From contig LVLI01000070.1 of assembly GCA_001687465.1 (NCBI GenBank), positions 1 to 44,872 of the forward strand: 44,872 bases of DNA, in the 5' to 3' direction. Source of the stretch: Halocafeteria seosinensis (Eukaryota). Numbering within the stretch: the first letter of the stretch is position 1; the number at the start of each line of letters is the position of its first letter. Both the position numbers and the translations under genes were made by a program. This document shows, piece after piece, positions 1 through 12,663 of this stretch. Below the pieces are notes generated by a model that was not told where the DNA came from, ran no database searches, and saw nothing but the letters and a program-made list of their open reading frames with translations.

Positions 1-100
1 CGATCCATAGCGTCGGATGAACTGTGCAAGAAGCTTCCGCACGATAAGCTTTAATTCGTAGAGCGCAAACGTATAAACAGTTTATTCTTACTTTGAAAAN

Positions 101-3100
101 CTACATTACATTACAGCTTTTACTAGACTGCATACTCTTCTGTATTCGGGCAAGGTCGACTGGTTCCTTTCCATCTGAGCGGGGAGGAAACACCTGTTCC
201 AATGAAGCGGTGTGCATATCTCGACGAGCGTAAAACAGCAAGTATGCAGCAGCAGTCACAACACTACTCGCGTCGCGCTTCATCACTATGTCATCGTTAT
301 ACTCCAGCCATTCACCAGAAATAGGCGACTTCACAAAAGCCGTATAGTGGCCTGCACCCATTGCGCCGTGATGATTAACCACACCGTATAGATCGTACAC
401 GGCATTATTTCGGCAAAGAGATAGAGGCACTCCACGGAACAATGTTTCATCAGACTCATCGCCATGAATACCATGTATATCGCCGTTATCGTCACCTTTG
501 GATGCTTCATGGTCCGGTGTCAACGTGGCGTGCTCTTCTGATACCTTTCCACCTAACCACTCCCAATACGTATAGTCGACAGACGGTCCCGAGATCGAGG
601 GCTTGGCCATAAATTCATCAAGATTGAGTCGTTCCAAAGGAAACTTAACTATGTTAGTCAGTTTTTGGTGTAGCGAGGGCCTGGCTTCATCATTCACGTG
701 GTCATGAAAGCGTTTCAGCTGTACTATTAGAACTGGGGGCGCGCGGAAAATTTCCAATTTCTTGGAATGTTTTCGCAAAAACACTTCATCCCCTTCGGCG
801 GAGCGCGAACATCGTTTACAAAAGGCTTCATCATCAAGATACTCCCATTGACTAAACGAATCAAGGCATTGAGAGAGTGTGATAGCCCGCGTCTTTTCCG
901 TATGATGCAAAATCATGGACGTATGGTCTTGAATCTCTTCTGCTTCTTGGCGGTCAAAACTCCGATTGAACAGAAATGGGTCCCACTCTATGACAATATT
1001 AGTGCCTTCAGAGAACGCCAGTCCACCCTTTCCGGAAACTGCACCCAAATCCATAAGGTATGTAGAAAAATTCGTTCCGTCAGGAGCATCAGAATCCCAG
1101 CCGCTTGAATACTGTAGCGCTTTCGCTAGAGACTCAAAGACCTCGGCTGCTGTTTTTGCAGTGAAGTTTTCGTCAGCAGGAAACAATTTCTTGTGTGCCC
1201 CAAGAGTACGCGTACGATATGGGCGCAGAAGTACACCATCGCTGGCATGAGCCCAAGAAACTGGTGTACTACTACTACTAAAGTCTTCGGGAGAAGACAA
1301 GGCCCCTGCTCTGTCCACTGCGGTATCAGCACCTGGAAACGATATGTCTGACCCTCTGTTCACTACTTTGAGGGCGAACCCCCAAAGATCAAAAACGTCT
1401 TCAAGTGACAAGTTGTTGACACCTCCTGCGAAGTCTGGATCCCATTCCGTTTGTGCAAACATCGCCGAATGCATTTCCGCAGAAGGAGTCTGAGTTTGAC
1501 CTGCGTTCTCTTCGGGTGTTGGAGGCGGTCTAGAGCCGTGTTGACTACCTATCTTCACATCCACTCCCGAGCCGTCAAGATATCGGGAATGGGAAGCAGC
1601 AGCAATGGCAGCTCTACTCTGTGGGCAATACTGTCTCCGAATAAAACGTCTCGACATATTCCATACCATGACGTATAGATCATGCGCTGTCGTTTCGTCA
1701 GGATTTACACGAAGTAAATGCGGTAAAGCAAAGGAGATTCTATGTAAAGGGTCCAAGAAGAAATTGGCGACGCGTTCCCATTTAGCATGCCTTGCCACAA
1801 CGTGAATAGGAGCTCCGGGACTTTCCCGCTGTGTTCTTGGCTGGAAGCCTGATGTCGCGGTATCTGCTTCTTCTGAGCTTTGAGGGCTTTTCTCACACTG
1901 TTCTGAGAGTTGGCTAGCACCAAAAGCCTCCATTAGTGTAACATGGGAAAGGAGGGATGATTGCGCATATCTGCTGCCTCTACAAGTCGAAACACCAACA
2001 GAGCAGTCAGGATTCACAGAATCAACGCGCTCCAGCTTGCGTTTCGAGGCAGGGGAAGCCTGCACTTCGGACTGGATTTCTTCCTGTATGCTAAGAGGGA
2101 CGCACACGGAATCAATTAACCACGGGGCCGTTTTCTTTACTATGTAGTCAGCCAGTTCTTTGTTACACAGGTGAAGGGTCTCGTCGAGACTGGGCGAAGA
2201 TGCATAGCCTGCATTTGTTTCCAAGATTACGCGTCTTAAGGAATCAGCACCACGAGTTGAAGAAAAGCTAGGTAACTGGTAAGCCATTAGAGAATCTTCT
2301 TCTTTATTACGACCAATTACCACACTATCAAGTAGCTCTTGACCCACCGACACTTTGTAAGGTCTGGTGACATACAGCTCATCCGCGCGAATCCTCACTT
2401 TCGATATATTGTTTGGTACTGGATTGAAACGGTTGTGTTTTCGATCACCCTCACCAACGATACCAGTCTCTAATCCAGGTTGACACTGCTCTAGTGCCTT
2501 CTTGAGACGTTTGACAGTCGTCTGGCTCTGAATTCTGACAGACACGTACACTGGCGGTCGCACGTTGTTCCAAAACACCACTAAGATTTTGATATACCGG
2601 TATTGAGGCGAAGGAAGCGGTACTTGGAGCACAGTAAAAGGTTCAAACCTACAGGATGCCTGGTTACAGTGATCGCACACAAGAGTGCTCTTGTACTGCC
2701 CGCTGAAAAGCGTGGCGACCACGCTCAATTCACGTTTTAAATGAGTCAGCCACCATTCAGCCGCCACCACGTCGTCCTTTCGTCCGTCGCTGTCCCGCTG
2801 CTCAATATACGGTTTCCTCTCATTTCTATTCAAATCCTCGGCGAGCCCGTTTAAAATAAATTCCAGAACTTCGTGAGCATCATGCTGGCCTTGCCCTCGG
2901 AACATCGGGTTTAAAGACGCCACAATCTCCTTGAAGCGGGTAGGAGCTAACGCTTTTGCCTGAGAGGTCCATACTTCCATACACAGTTCGAAAAACGCAG
3001 CAGCCATAAAGCCGCCGTGGCCAAATTTAGCTTCCGTATTGATGTCTTCTACGAACCTTCGTGATAAAAAGTAGACAACTAGAAGGCGAGTGTTCAAAAG

Positions 3101-5900
3101 ACACTGTAAACTAGAATTCATAAAGCACGTATTTCCCAAATTCTTTAGGCCAACATGGCCCGGATAATGCTGAAGTTTATGTTGCAGGTGTCGTGACAAA
3201 GCCTCCGAGCCTGCCCTTGGTCGAACGGACGGATTATAGCAATCCTTCACGTCGCCCATATTACGCGTACATGCTGCGGAGGGTCGTTTCTTTCTCGTTC
3301 GATTATTCGCACTACCAACATCCCCTTTTTCTTGTGACAACTCGTTGCCGTTACCACTATTTCTTGAATACTCTAGTGCAGAATTGACCACAAATAGTAG
3401 CTGTGAAACGCTTTCCGCCCTCTTGTTTCTATATTCTTCCCTAGTAAGTTCCTCCTCAAGATACTCGATATCACTATCATTACCTAAACCCAAGAAAGCC
3501 TCCTCGCCCCTTTGTTGATTGGGGCTACCCGGCGGTAAATTGGCCACCTGAGCTTTGTTACTGTCGGCTGGCTCTTCTGACCACCCCCTAAGGGGCCATG
3601 AGCCGTCTTTCAGCCGAACTTCTACCAGAAGCTCCCCAGCTGGGAGCAGTTCGCACTGTTCAAGTGTCCCACTACAAACCGGAAGAGGGCACCAATGAAA
3701 CTTGCCCGGTTCAAGCGAAAGCTTTTCTTTACTGCCCGATTCCGATTTCTCTATTTCACTCGGTCCATGCCGGAACCACAGACGAGTATTCTCACGGGCG
3801 CTCTTGACAGTTCCAGTACAAACGGAATCGTATAATTGCTCAATAGACATATACTTGCTAAAGTTCTTCACGAAAGAGTTTCCCGATGCAGCATCTTTTT
3901 GCGGCTCATACCTTCGAATTACCAAAACTACAGGATACAATTCCAGCTCTAGCGTTTCCCCATTATGCTCGAAAGACTCAGAACGGAGGCTTACTCCTGG
4001 AACCAAGACTACGTGCCTCGGCAGTGATGGAGCTCCATTATACCAGCGGGACAGAGCCTTCCAGACTCGTTCTGTCACCAATTTAAAATCTCTGTTTGCG
4101 TAAAGGTTTTCCTTTAGGCGCGGCACCCCATTGCTATCTAACAATAATGCATTGTCTATCTTGCCAGGGATCGGATGCCGCTTGTCCGTGCCGACATCGT
4201 TTCGAACATACGTGCTCCAGTCGTTCCACCATTTCTTAGGAATTATATACCACACCGTACCCTTCTCGCCTGGGTGTAAAGGATCAAACTCAACATGGCA
4301 GGATGAAATGATCCTATTTTCTTCGTCTGGACTCTCTGGGCGGATCCCAACATCGACACGGATCAGAAGCGAAAACACGAACCACAGACCGTCCACTAAT
4401 TCGTTCCTGTTTTGTACTACCGCCTGAAACTGCTCAAACGAAATGGTGCCATTTGCTTTCTCCGGTTGAGGGAAAAAGGTCTTCATAAGCTGTCGTCGCC
4501 GTTTCGAGCTACATAGTTTTACTTGCAAATCATGCAGAGCACTCGAATCGGCAGCGTCCTTCGTTGGATCAATCCATTTATTTGCCGTGGCAGTTTCCAT
4601 CGTGTGCAAAGCCGCGACAGCATTAGCGCCAGTGATGAAGTCCCACGACTCGCTTAGGATATCTATACTGCGTTTTCCCTCAAAACAGTTAGTAAACAGA
4701 AAAGGGTCCTGATGAAAGAGTACGAAGGTCAAAATAGTCCTTTCATTCGCAGAGCCTTTGCAAGCAATGCTAACAAGACGAGCAAAAAGCGATTCTTCTA
4801 ATACCCCATGACCCCAAGGATCACAAATGCTATACATCCGGTACGCTATACTCTCAGGAATATACCGAGTCATCACCGACCGGAGGGCATGCCAATCCAA
4901 TATACCGCGCGGGCTTTGTTTTCTCAAGGAATGGAGCCATAAGTACAAGGCATGGCACTCGTTGGGCGAAAGTAAACAGCTGCGATCTTCGCTCTGTACC
5001 TCACACAGGCAGTGTAAGTTCCTATCGGCCATTCTAAAGCGGCCTATCAAGGATTCCATTTTCTTCGAGGGCTGCAACGCCTCCGACAGCGAAGATAGCC
5101 ACGATAACATGGGTATCCCTTCCTTGTTTTGTTGTACGCGTGGATCAGTACAGTATGCCACCCATTCCTCTACGAGTACCGACTCAGAATCTTGGACAGC
5201 ACTGGAGCCCATAACTTCTCTCGCGACCGACCAAATCTCCTCGACTTGGCGTTCTAGGACTCTTACAGAAACACGACGATTAGTTGCAATCATCTGTTGG
5301 AATCTAATGAGTGAATTCAAGTGCAATTTCCCCTTGTTGTCGGAGTCATATATCTGAAACAACAATCTAGCCTTTTGCTCCTCCGATCCCTTCACCACGA
5401 CTGCAATATTACACTGAATTTCAAAGAGAAAAGGTCGAAGGTTAAACGTGGCCTGTTCCTACATCAGTTTTAATCGTCACAGTACGTACCAGAAAGTCGT
5501 CCAAGCAGATCTCTCCGAGGTTGCTGGAGTCGAACACCTTGAACAACCTTTGACACAGTTGTACAGGCTGCACTGAGTGCAAATGTTGCATATACTACAA
5601 CTACTTCACCGAATGGCTACAGAATGATAACCCACGTACCATTAGTCGATAAAATCGCTCCAGGACATACATCGTAAAGGTGCCGTCCTTCATTCTTGGG
5701 GTTTGAACTGGGGCACTCCCACTTTCACCACCTGTCACTTGCTCACTCTGCGGATCAGAGCTCGTGCTGTTAACTGAAGCACTGCTGACAGCGCCTCCTC
5801 CACACATGCGGTAGAAAGCTTCCTCGTATCTGGCTAATAGAGTGTGTCGTGCATTGTCTGTATCTTCAATAGTCACATCGTTCACCTCGGAGGAAAGCAT
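101..5900 (-). CDS. Ubiquitin carboxyl-terminal hydrolase, USP32-like (EF-hands + DUSP + peptidase C19). Predicted 3 exons: 5900-5640, 5568-5490, ~5413-101
   Basis: Cys box GLKNLGNTCFMNSSLQCL, QHDAHE motif and His box YDLYGVVNHHGAMGAGHYTAF...W..YNDD. DUSP motif WYIIPKKWW..W...PGKIDN. EF-hand-like RLFKVFDSSNLGEI and LFQIYDSDNKGKL. GT-AG introns join the exons in phase. Confidence 0.92.
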
Positions 5901-6260
5901 GCGCTTTCCTTCCTCGACACTGCAATTCCAGTTGATTCACACCAGGGGTAAGCCGGTACCATATGTAGACGTAAAGGCAGCATAAACATCCTCGGAAAGT
6001 CCCTAGAAAGCTGGGAATGAAACAAAGTTCAAAGTGAAGAATGCAAGTACTTACGAGACGATTCGCCCCTGTTTATTACCCATTTCCGGCGCAAATTTTG
6101 GTCAACCATTCACACAGGTGGCAGCGTGGACTGCATCCGAACACTCTACGGCGGAACAATTCGTTGGTCCTGACACATAGAGGCGTAAGAAGAGCAACAA
6201 AACTGTGCTGGCTTTGGTCACTTTCTCTTCAAGGTCCACTAAAGATTGTCTCATTGAAGT

Positions 6261-6296
6261 TGATGTCGTCACATTTGTGTGTGTGTGTGATGTCGT
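6261..6296 (+). mobile_element. Extremely 5'-truncated (18 nt) copy of the (TG)n-tailed retroelement 3' end
   Basis: cacatttgtgtgtgtgtg (6270-6287) matches the terminus of the copies at 35021-35094 and 40264-40367. It is flanked by the perfect 9-bp direct repeat tgatgtcgt (6261-6269, 6288-6296). Confidence 0.65.
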
Positions 6297-8380
6297 ACGA
6301 CAAAAAAAAACGCTGTAATTTGTCACAATTATTTGTGTTACAAATTGTAACTTGCAAGTTGTGAGTGTGTATATATCCAGCGTATTAGCACTCTCTACAT
6401 AGTGTGGGAATGTCTAGACGTAGGCGCAGGTGCAGCGGTACAAACCAAAGTGGACGACAACCGGCTACAATTTCATGGTTGATTGGCAAGGGATAGCCCG
6501 TCTATTGATTCAATCGAAATGGATTAGTTCACTCAATAGTTAATTTATTGAAACGAAAACTCAAGAATTAATTACGGTATTCTCTTTTGATAACGGGGAA
6601 ACAGGAGGAGGCTATTATCAGCGCTCTCCACTCTTCTTAGGCTCTTACAAAAACTCATAGATCTACAGTATTCATTGTTCAATCATTAAATAATTTAATT
6701 CTTTTAACCATTTGATTATTAATTTATGGACGAAAAAAGCCCACTCACAATCTGACATGTAGAAAAGCCCATCTAATTCCAATATGTAAAAATGACATTT
6801 ACCCTATAGGTACAGGTGTATATGTCCGGTGCATTACGAGAATCTGGAATCGAAACCAATACAGCCCAGGTCGAAGAAGAAAACATCGGACTACAGGATA
6901 TGCCCCCCGGTGAGGACGTGATTAAACTGTATGATGCACTTGTATTTGATGAGAACTGTGTAGAGCGATTTCCTGATATAACAAATCTGCGTGATATGGT
7001 CGTTTCCTCCTCTCCAGCTTCTGCGTGTGTGCCCATCCCATTCCAATTGGAGCGAACCCACAACAGAAACATCAACTCGTCAGTCTTCTTCTTCCGCTAA
7101 GGTTTCTTCGTCTCGTCCAAATCGCATACAGACGCCTCAACGGAGCACCTCCTCCTCCTCCACCACAAGAGGCATCTACTGTACATCCTCTTATACCAAC
7201 CCTAAAACATATCAGTCCTCCTCTTTTGTATTATCTTTTTTGATGGCTGAATTGATGCAAGTACATCATATACTGTACATGACATTTCAACTTTAAAACA
7301 AAAGAAGAATAGATAAACCTTCATTCAGAAACTTCTAATCAAAAGCGCACTGGGACCCCCTCTTATGGGTTCCAATGACGATGGTCCTAAATCTCCAATA
7401 GCGAAGTGCCGCTTATACACAAAGGACACTACACACTGTACGGGTGATTACGAGTCTGACCGGGATTCGTTTACGAACCAATGAAATAAGCGTAAAAATG
7501 AGGTGCTCAATCTTTGGGCAATGCACTCCGAGAATACAATAACCTCCATCCTATTGCGCATTGAACTGCTAGCGAGCCAAGCGGCTGCGTCGAGACGGTG
7601 GAGTAAGGACGAGACAGAATGGAGCTTGCGGAAGACGCGCATGGTGGAGAGTGAACGAGAGCCAAGAGAGAAGAGACACGACGAGCCGAGACGGACAGAA
7701 CACGTCGACAGAACATCTCGGGGGTAACGGGATACGAGAACAGTCGAAAAGCAAGCTGCAGGTACGTGCAGGAGGACACTAACAACAATAACCTCCTAAT
7801 CCTATTAAGTAATGAACTGCTAGCTAGCCATGAGAAGGTCCCGTGGGATGTGACGGAAACGGATACTGAAGTTCGGGTTTGCGTCAACGCTTTGAAGTCA
7901 CTCGTTTGTGCTGCCTCGCTCCTCCACTCTTTGCTCCCCCTAGAGGAACAGCGGACCCGTACAGTAGCTGCCAGACACCGCGCCAGCTGCAACTGGATGC
8001 AATAACGCGTCAATGCTAGACAAATACAGTGTAGCAGTAAAATAAAAAACTGCTCGAAACCTTGTTGCTGTAACCTGGCACGTGTAGGGCTGCTCCAGCG
8101 CTGGCGAACTGCTTCGTTAGTTCACTTGCCAACGCTGCTACCTAAGTGTAGCCCGTGGTCCTACCACTGGTACCAGCCTAACCTTGGTTTCCTTTCCAGT
8201 TTATGACGTCTGTTGGCATTGTTGTTTGGCAGTTCGATCGTGGTGAAAAGAGTGTCTTATTTTGTTATTTCTGCTGTTGTACAAGTTGTACATTACTGTA
8301 CAACAGGAACTTTTCCCTTTCTTCTTTTTCCCTTCTATTCCCCCTTTTCCCTTGTTTGTTTGAGCTTTATACACAAGAGA

Positions 8381-11300
8381 ATGGCGGATAATCAGGCATC
8401 TACTAGCCAGGGAAACACTGAGCCTGTTGATGGGACTGCTCACGGCGAGCCCATTGGTGACCCTGGGAAAAAGAGACCGGCTTCTACTTCTGCCAATGAG
8501 TCTGATACCAAACGCAGCAAAACACAAGGCGACAACAAGCAACAGCGAAGGGAAGAGCAAAATGAATGCCAACGTTTCCCCGACAACGACGAAAAAGGTA
8601 GTTCTGGCGGAGGCTCTCCAGGGCGAAACAATAAATCCACGAATTCTCTGAAAAACCGGCTACTCGAATGGTTGGACGATTACATCCAATGCAAGGAATT
8701 GAAGGTGTCTGATGTCTGGAAACAGGGCATCCGGAAAGAGATCGAGGAAAGCCAGGATTTCCGCGAACACCCTTTCAACAGCGAAAACAATCTCAAGAAC
8801 GCGTGTAGAAACCGAATGTATAAGAAGCACCACCAGGCCGTTGTCGATCGTGAGGACGTTGAAGACGAGATGGACTTTGAAATTGGAGAGGCCATGTATG
8901 CGTGGTTGCAAACGCAGGGAGCTGGTAAGTGGGAGCAAACTACAGTGGTTACCAATAATAAGCATGAGAAGGGGTGCAACAGGGTGTTTCTGATGTAGCT
9001 AAATTACGCGCCAATAATGATATCCTTTGGCAAGATGATACGATGATGCACGAATGGCAGGGTGTACCATGAGAAGTCTTTCCGTCGACTTGACAGTGAA
9101 CCCTTGTTGCTCTGTCACTGTGTGTGCTCTGTTGTTCCTTCCTTCGTATTGCTCGAAAATTGAGGGACGGATAAAAGGGGTGTTGCTACACGTAAACAAA
9201 AAGCAGCGCCACACTGTTGTTTTGACATGCTTTACTTTTGTTTACAGGCGGTGCAGCTTCAAGTCCTAGTGGCGGAACAGGTAAGTACATTGCTGAGAAG
9301 CAACAGCAGAAATCAAGGCAGTTCTTCACGAAGTTGCTTATCTTAGAGTTATCTACTATGCTTTGGTTGCCGGCAGCAGGCGCCGCAGCTTCAAGTTCGG
9401 CTGCTTTAGGTAACTAGACATTGAGAACCGAAAGCAGACGTTCCTGTTGTTGGAGCATGATGCTGCTATTGTGGTCTCGTTCTCTGTTTGCAGGAGCTTC
9501 GACCTCTCGTCCAGGAGGCGGCGGTGCAAGTTCAAGTTCTGCTGCTGCAGGTAAGTAATGCTGAGAATCACTAGAGCAGAAATTTCTGTTTGAGAATGAT
9601 ACTGCTGGAATTGTGTGTGTACTCCTTTTTCTAGTGTTCCCAGAAGGGATGCCGCTATCCGACGCCCGATTTGTAGATGCTTCAGCACGGGAGAACTTTG
9701 TTTCTCCCATCCGAAACTTTCTTAATGGAGAGAAACCGGTCAGTGACATTGGAGCGAGCATTACAAGTTTCGTCGATAACGCAGACTATGCACGAATTTT
9801 CCCTTCCTGTGATAGTCTCCGTTCGTTGGAGAGTCTATTTACCGCCGGGATGCATGGGTGGGGCAAGACAGAGCTCGGTCTTCAAGTGCTCCTTCGTTTG
9901 TACCAGCTAGCTAAGAATGGGGGCCTGGAACAACACATAAAGGCTGAGTACATCGAAAGAACATTCTACTGCTACGTTGACATTGGTCATGAAGATATCG
10001 TTTGTAAGTATGGCAATGCATACCATGGTAGTGTTTAACGTTCAGTACTTGTCGCAAATGTTGTTTGTTTTGGTGTGCAGCCACGGATCGTGCAGGCTTT
10101 TTTTGTGAGCTCTTCATTATCGCGTTGGTCAATTGCAGACAGCCGGTGTTCTCCGAAAGGACGAACTCGTGGGAATACGAGCTGGTCTTAAGTGGCGAAC
10201 AGCGTACAGAATTCTCTGATGCCATTCGTGAATTGGGGTGCCCACCTTTTCTTACACCAGCAAAGATTGCAGACGCCTTTGCACAAATTGTTGGGAAAGA
10301 GAACATACACGTCCTGTTGCACTTCGATGAAATTGCCCGCGTCCCCGCACTCACAAAAACTTGCGAGGATAGCAAACGAACTCTTTATTCTTTTTGGACT
10401 AAAGTACCATTCATCAACAAGTCCATTACGTTTCAGCCCATGTTTTCATCCCGAGAATGGGATCTAACTGATATCATGCGGAGTTGTGGAGGTCCACCGA
10501 CTTCCGTGCGAAGAATTGATCTAGACTTGCTTTCCCGCGAGAATGTGAAGCGATTGTTGGGCAATACCATGGGAATAAACAAAATTCGCGACGAATCAGT
10601 GGATATTATTTTTGAGGAAACTTGCGGTGTCCCGCGACTTGTCAACCTGGTCATTATGTTCTGTCACGTGCGTTTTCGGGACAGACGCGCCGCGACAGCC
10701 CCCGACTTGACTATCACCAAGAACGATGTCTTAACGGCATGTAGGTCTGAGCTCAAAGCATGGTCAGAAATGTTCATCCGGCATGTTTTGATGTATTCAC
10801 CAGAGCTTTACAAGGAAATGTTGTATCTTTTTAAAATAGGCTGCCCTATTGAAGGAGAATCGAAGGTGACGGATACGTATACCGTTCTCGAGGGGAGCAG
10901 GCAAACAGGTTGTTACTGTAAGCCCGACGAAGAACGTCCCAAGTACTTCTACGTAATCATACCTCCCGTATTGCTGACCTACCTCTATAAGGAGGAGAAA
11001 CTGATGGAGATGCTAAGCATGAGTCATAAAATCAATCCGGAGTCGCATCCAGGCCCATCTTCGTTCGAAAAAAGTGTCGCGCGGGCATTCGCACTCAGAT
11101 CTAGCTTCAAAGGGACGGTTGCCATGACTTGGGGAGAGAAACTTCCTTTATTGAGTGATACGCTATTCGGAACGTGTACGGTGCGGCCGTTGAGGTTTGG
11201 ATGTTGTCCAGCTTTTTCATCGAAGTCTGGCCGATGGGAGAATCGAGAGGAGGGTGTTCGGTCCGCGGTTCTTGATACCCTGGATATTGTGGAAGACGAC

Positions 11301-11798
11301 ATTGAAGCTGTCGAGAAGAGGCTAAGCAATATGAACCTTCACACCGTCAACACGGGAGATTTGGGGTTGATACATCGAGCACTGCGCGAGGATATCGTGC
11401 ATATCATGCTCTCTAAGTCAGCTAGTTTTGACTCCATTGTAAAGTCCCGGCGTAGGACGCGTGATCAATCTCAAAGCGAAGGGTCCCTTGCCCTGCACCC
11501 GAAACTATCGGCGGCATCAGAGCTGGACTGGAGAACGTTTAGTGAAGAGATAATGAAGTCAATAGGCACGATCGAAACGGGAGAAACCAACACTGTCACC
11601 GTTTTAGTCTGCGTTCCTCATGACCCTGGCTGGGTTAAAGAGCACGGCGGCAAGTACTTCAAAGAGGGAGACGAGCTTGCAGATGGAAACCAGGTTCCAC
11701 TGGGATGTGACGCTATGCTCTGTTCGGGGACCGATCTTGAAGGGTTGTTGTCGCGATCTGTGGTAAACTATTTTTTGTCTTCTTCTTCGCTAGCCTGA
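8381..11798 (+). CDS. Crinkler/RHS (CR)-type effector-like protein: N-terminal header, G/A/S micro-exon linker, P-loop NTPase, C-terminal restriction-endonuclease-like domain; multi-exon
   Basis: Walker A GMHGWGKTELG, Walker B VLLHFDE, GxPR motif TCGVPRLV, then SFEKSVA...SASFDSIV...LALHPK. Phase-1 introns: donor 8925, exons 9248-9280, 9380-9409, 9494-9550, 9635-10027 and 10081-11798. Extra exons between 8925 and 9247 are possible. Confidence 0.7.
9248..9590 (+). repeat. Three tandemly duplicated micro-exon + intron-donor units
   Basis: Recurring gc(g/c)g.gca(gc/ag)ttcaagt...ag|gtaa...tgagaa...gcaga unit at ~9248, ~9380 and ~9520. Confidence 0.7.
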
Positions 11799-12663
11799 AT
11801 CCCCGGCTCGGCTCACTGATGCCCTACGTACTTCATGGTTGCTGTCGGCCTCCTTGGATATCGATCAGTGCGTCTAAGCAATTACATTGAAGGCAATCAT
11901 ACACGAATACAATGCATACCTAATTCCAGTACTTGAATATGTCTCTGTGTCCCTCAGCACACCCCGTTCTCTTGGGAGGCTGGCGAGACCAAACGTGAGC
12001 CCTTCCACATGTACTGCTCCGCTTCTATCACGAACGGGATAATTTCCGTGTGGTGTTCCCTCAGGTGTCCGTGCCTTGTCCGTTTCGTCTTCTTCCGCTT
12101 CTGCCGCGATGGTGGGGAGTCTTCTCGCTGCCCTGGCTAGTCTGTGTCTGGGTTTGGTACGGTCACACCAGGCTTTTTGGGCCTGTTGCTACCATGTCCA
12201 TTACTGCCCTCACTTCTCCTTCGTTCTGCGGGGGTCGTTCCGTGTACGGACACGCTGTGCCCTAACACTGGGCATATTTGAAAGCACCCCTGGGACAAGG
12301 TTTGAAGTTACTCCTAGCTTAAGGGGTAGATATCTAGATGACTGGTACCGAAAGGAGGGTTGCCAACAATCAACGCCAGAGGATCATACTTGATATCCAG
12401 CGGAGATCTCCAAGAGCTATCCGACAACTTACGAGGAGCGATCGCAGTAAGACCAATGTTACGAGGAGATCTTCCAGCCTACCCAAGGATGGTTAGACAA
12501 GCAGAGGAATGGAGATAAGCACCCGATAATCGCGGCAATGCGGGAGCTAACGACAAGCCGCAGAGTTACACACAATACACTCCGTACCCCATAGCAGGCA
12601 CGAGCGATAATATCCAAAGTTAAGCAAAGTAAGAATATCGTGACCTGGTCACAGGCAACAGGT

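Noticed and set aside
767..5357. Many short + strand ORFs, and similar antisense ORFs within the other long genes
   Set aside because: They are shadows of long coding sequences on the opposite strand or in another frame, with no motifs.
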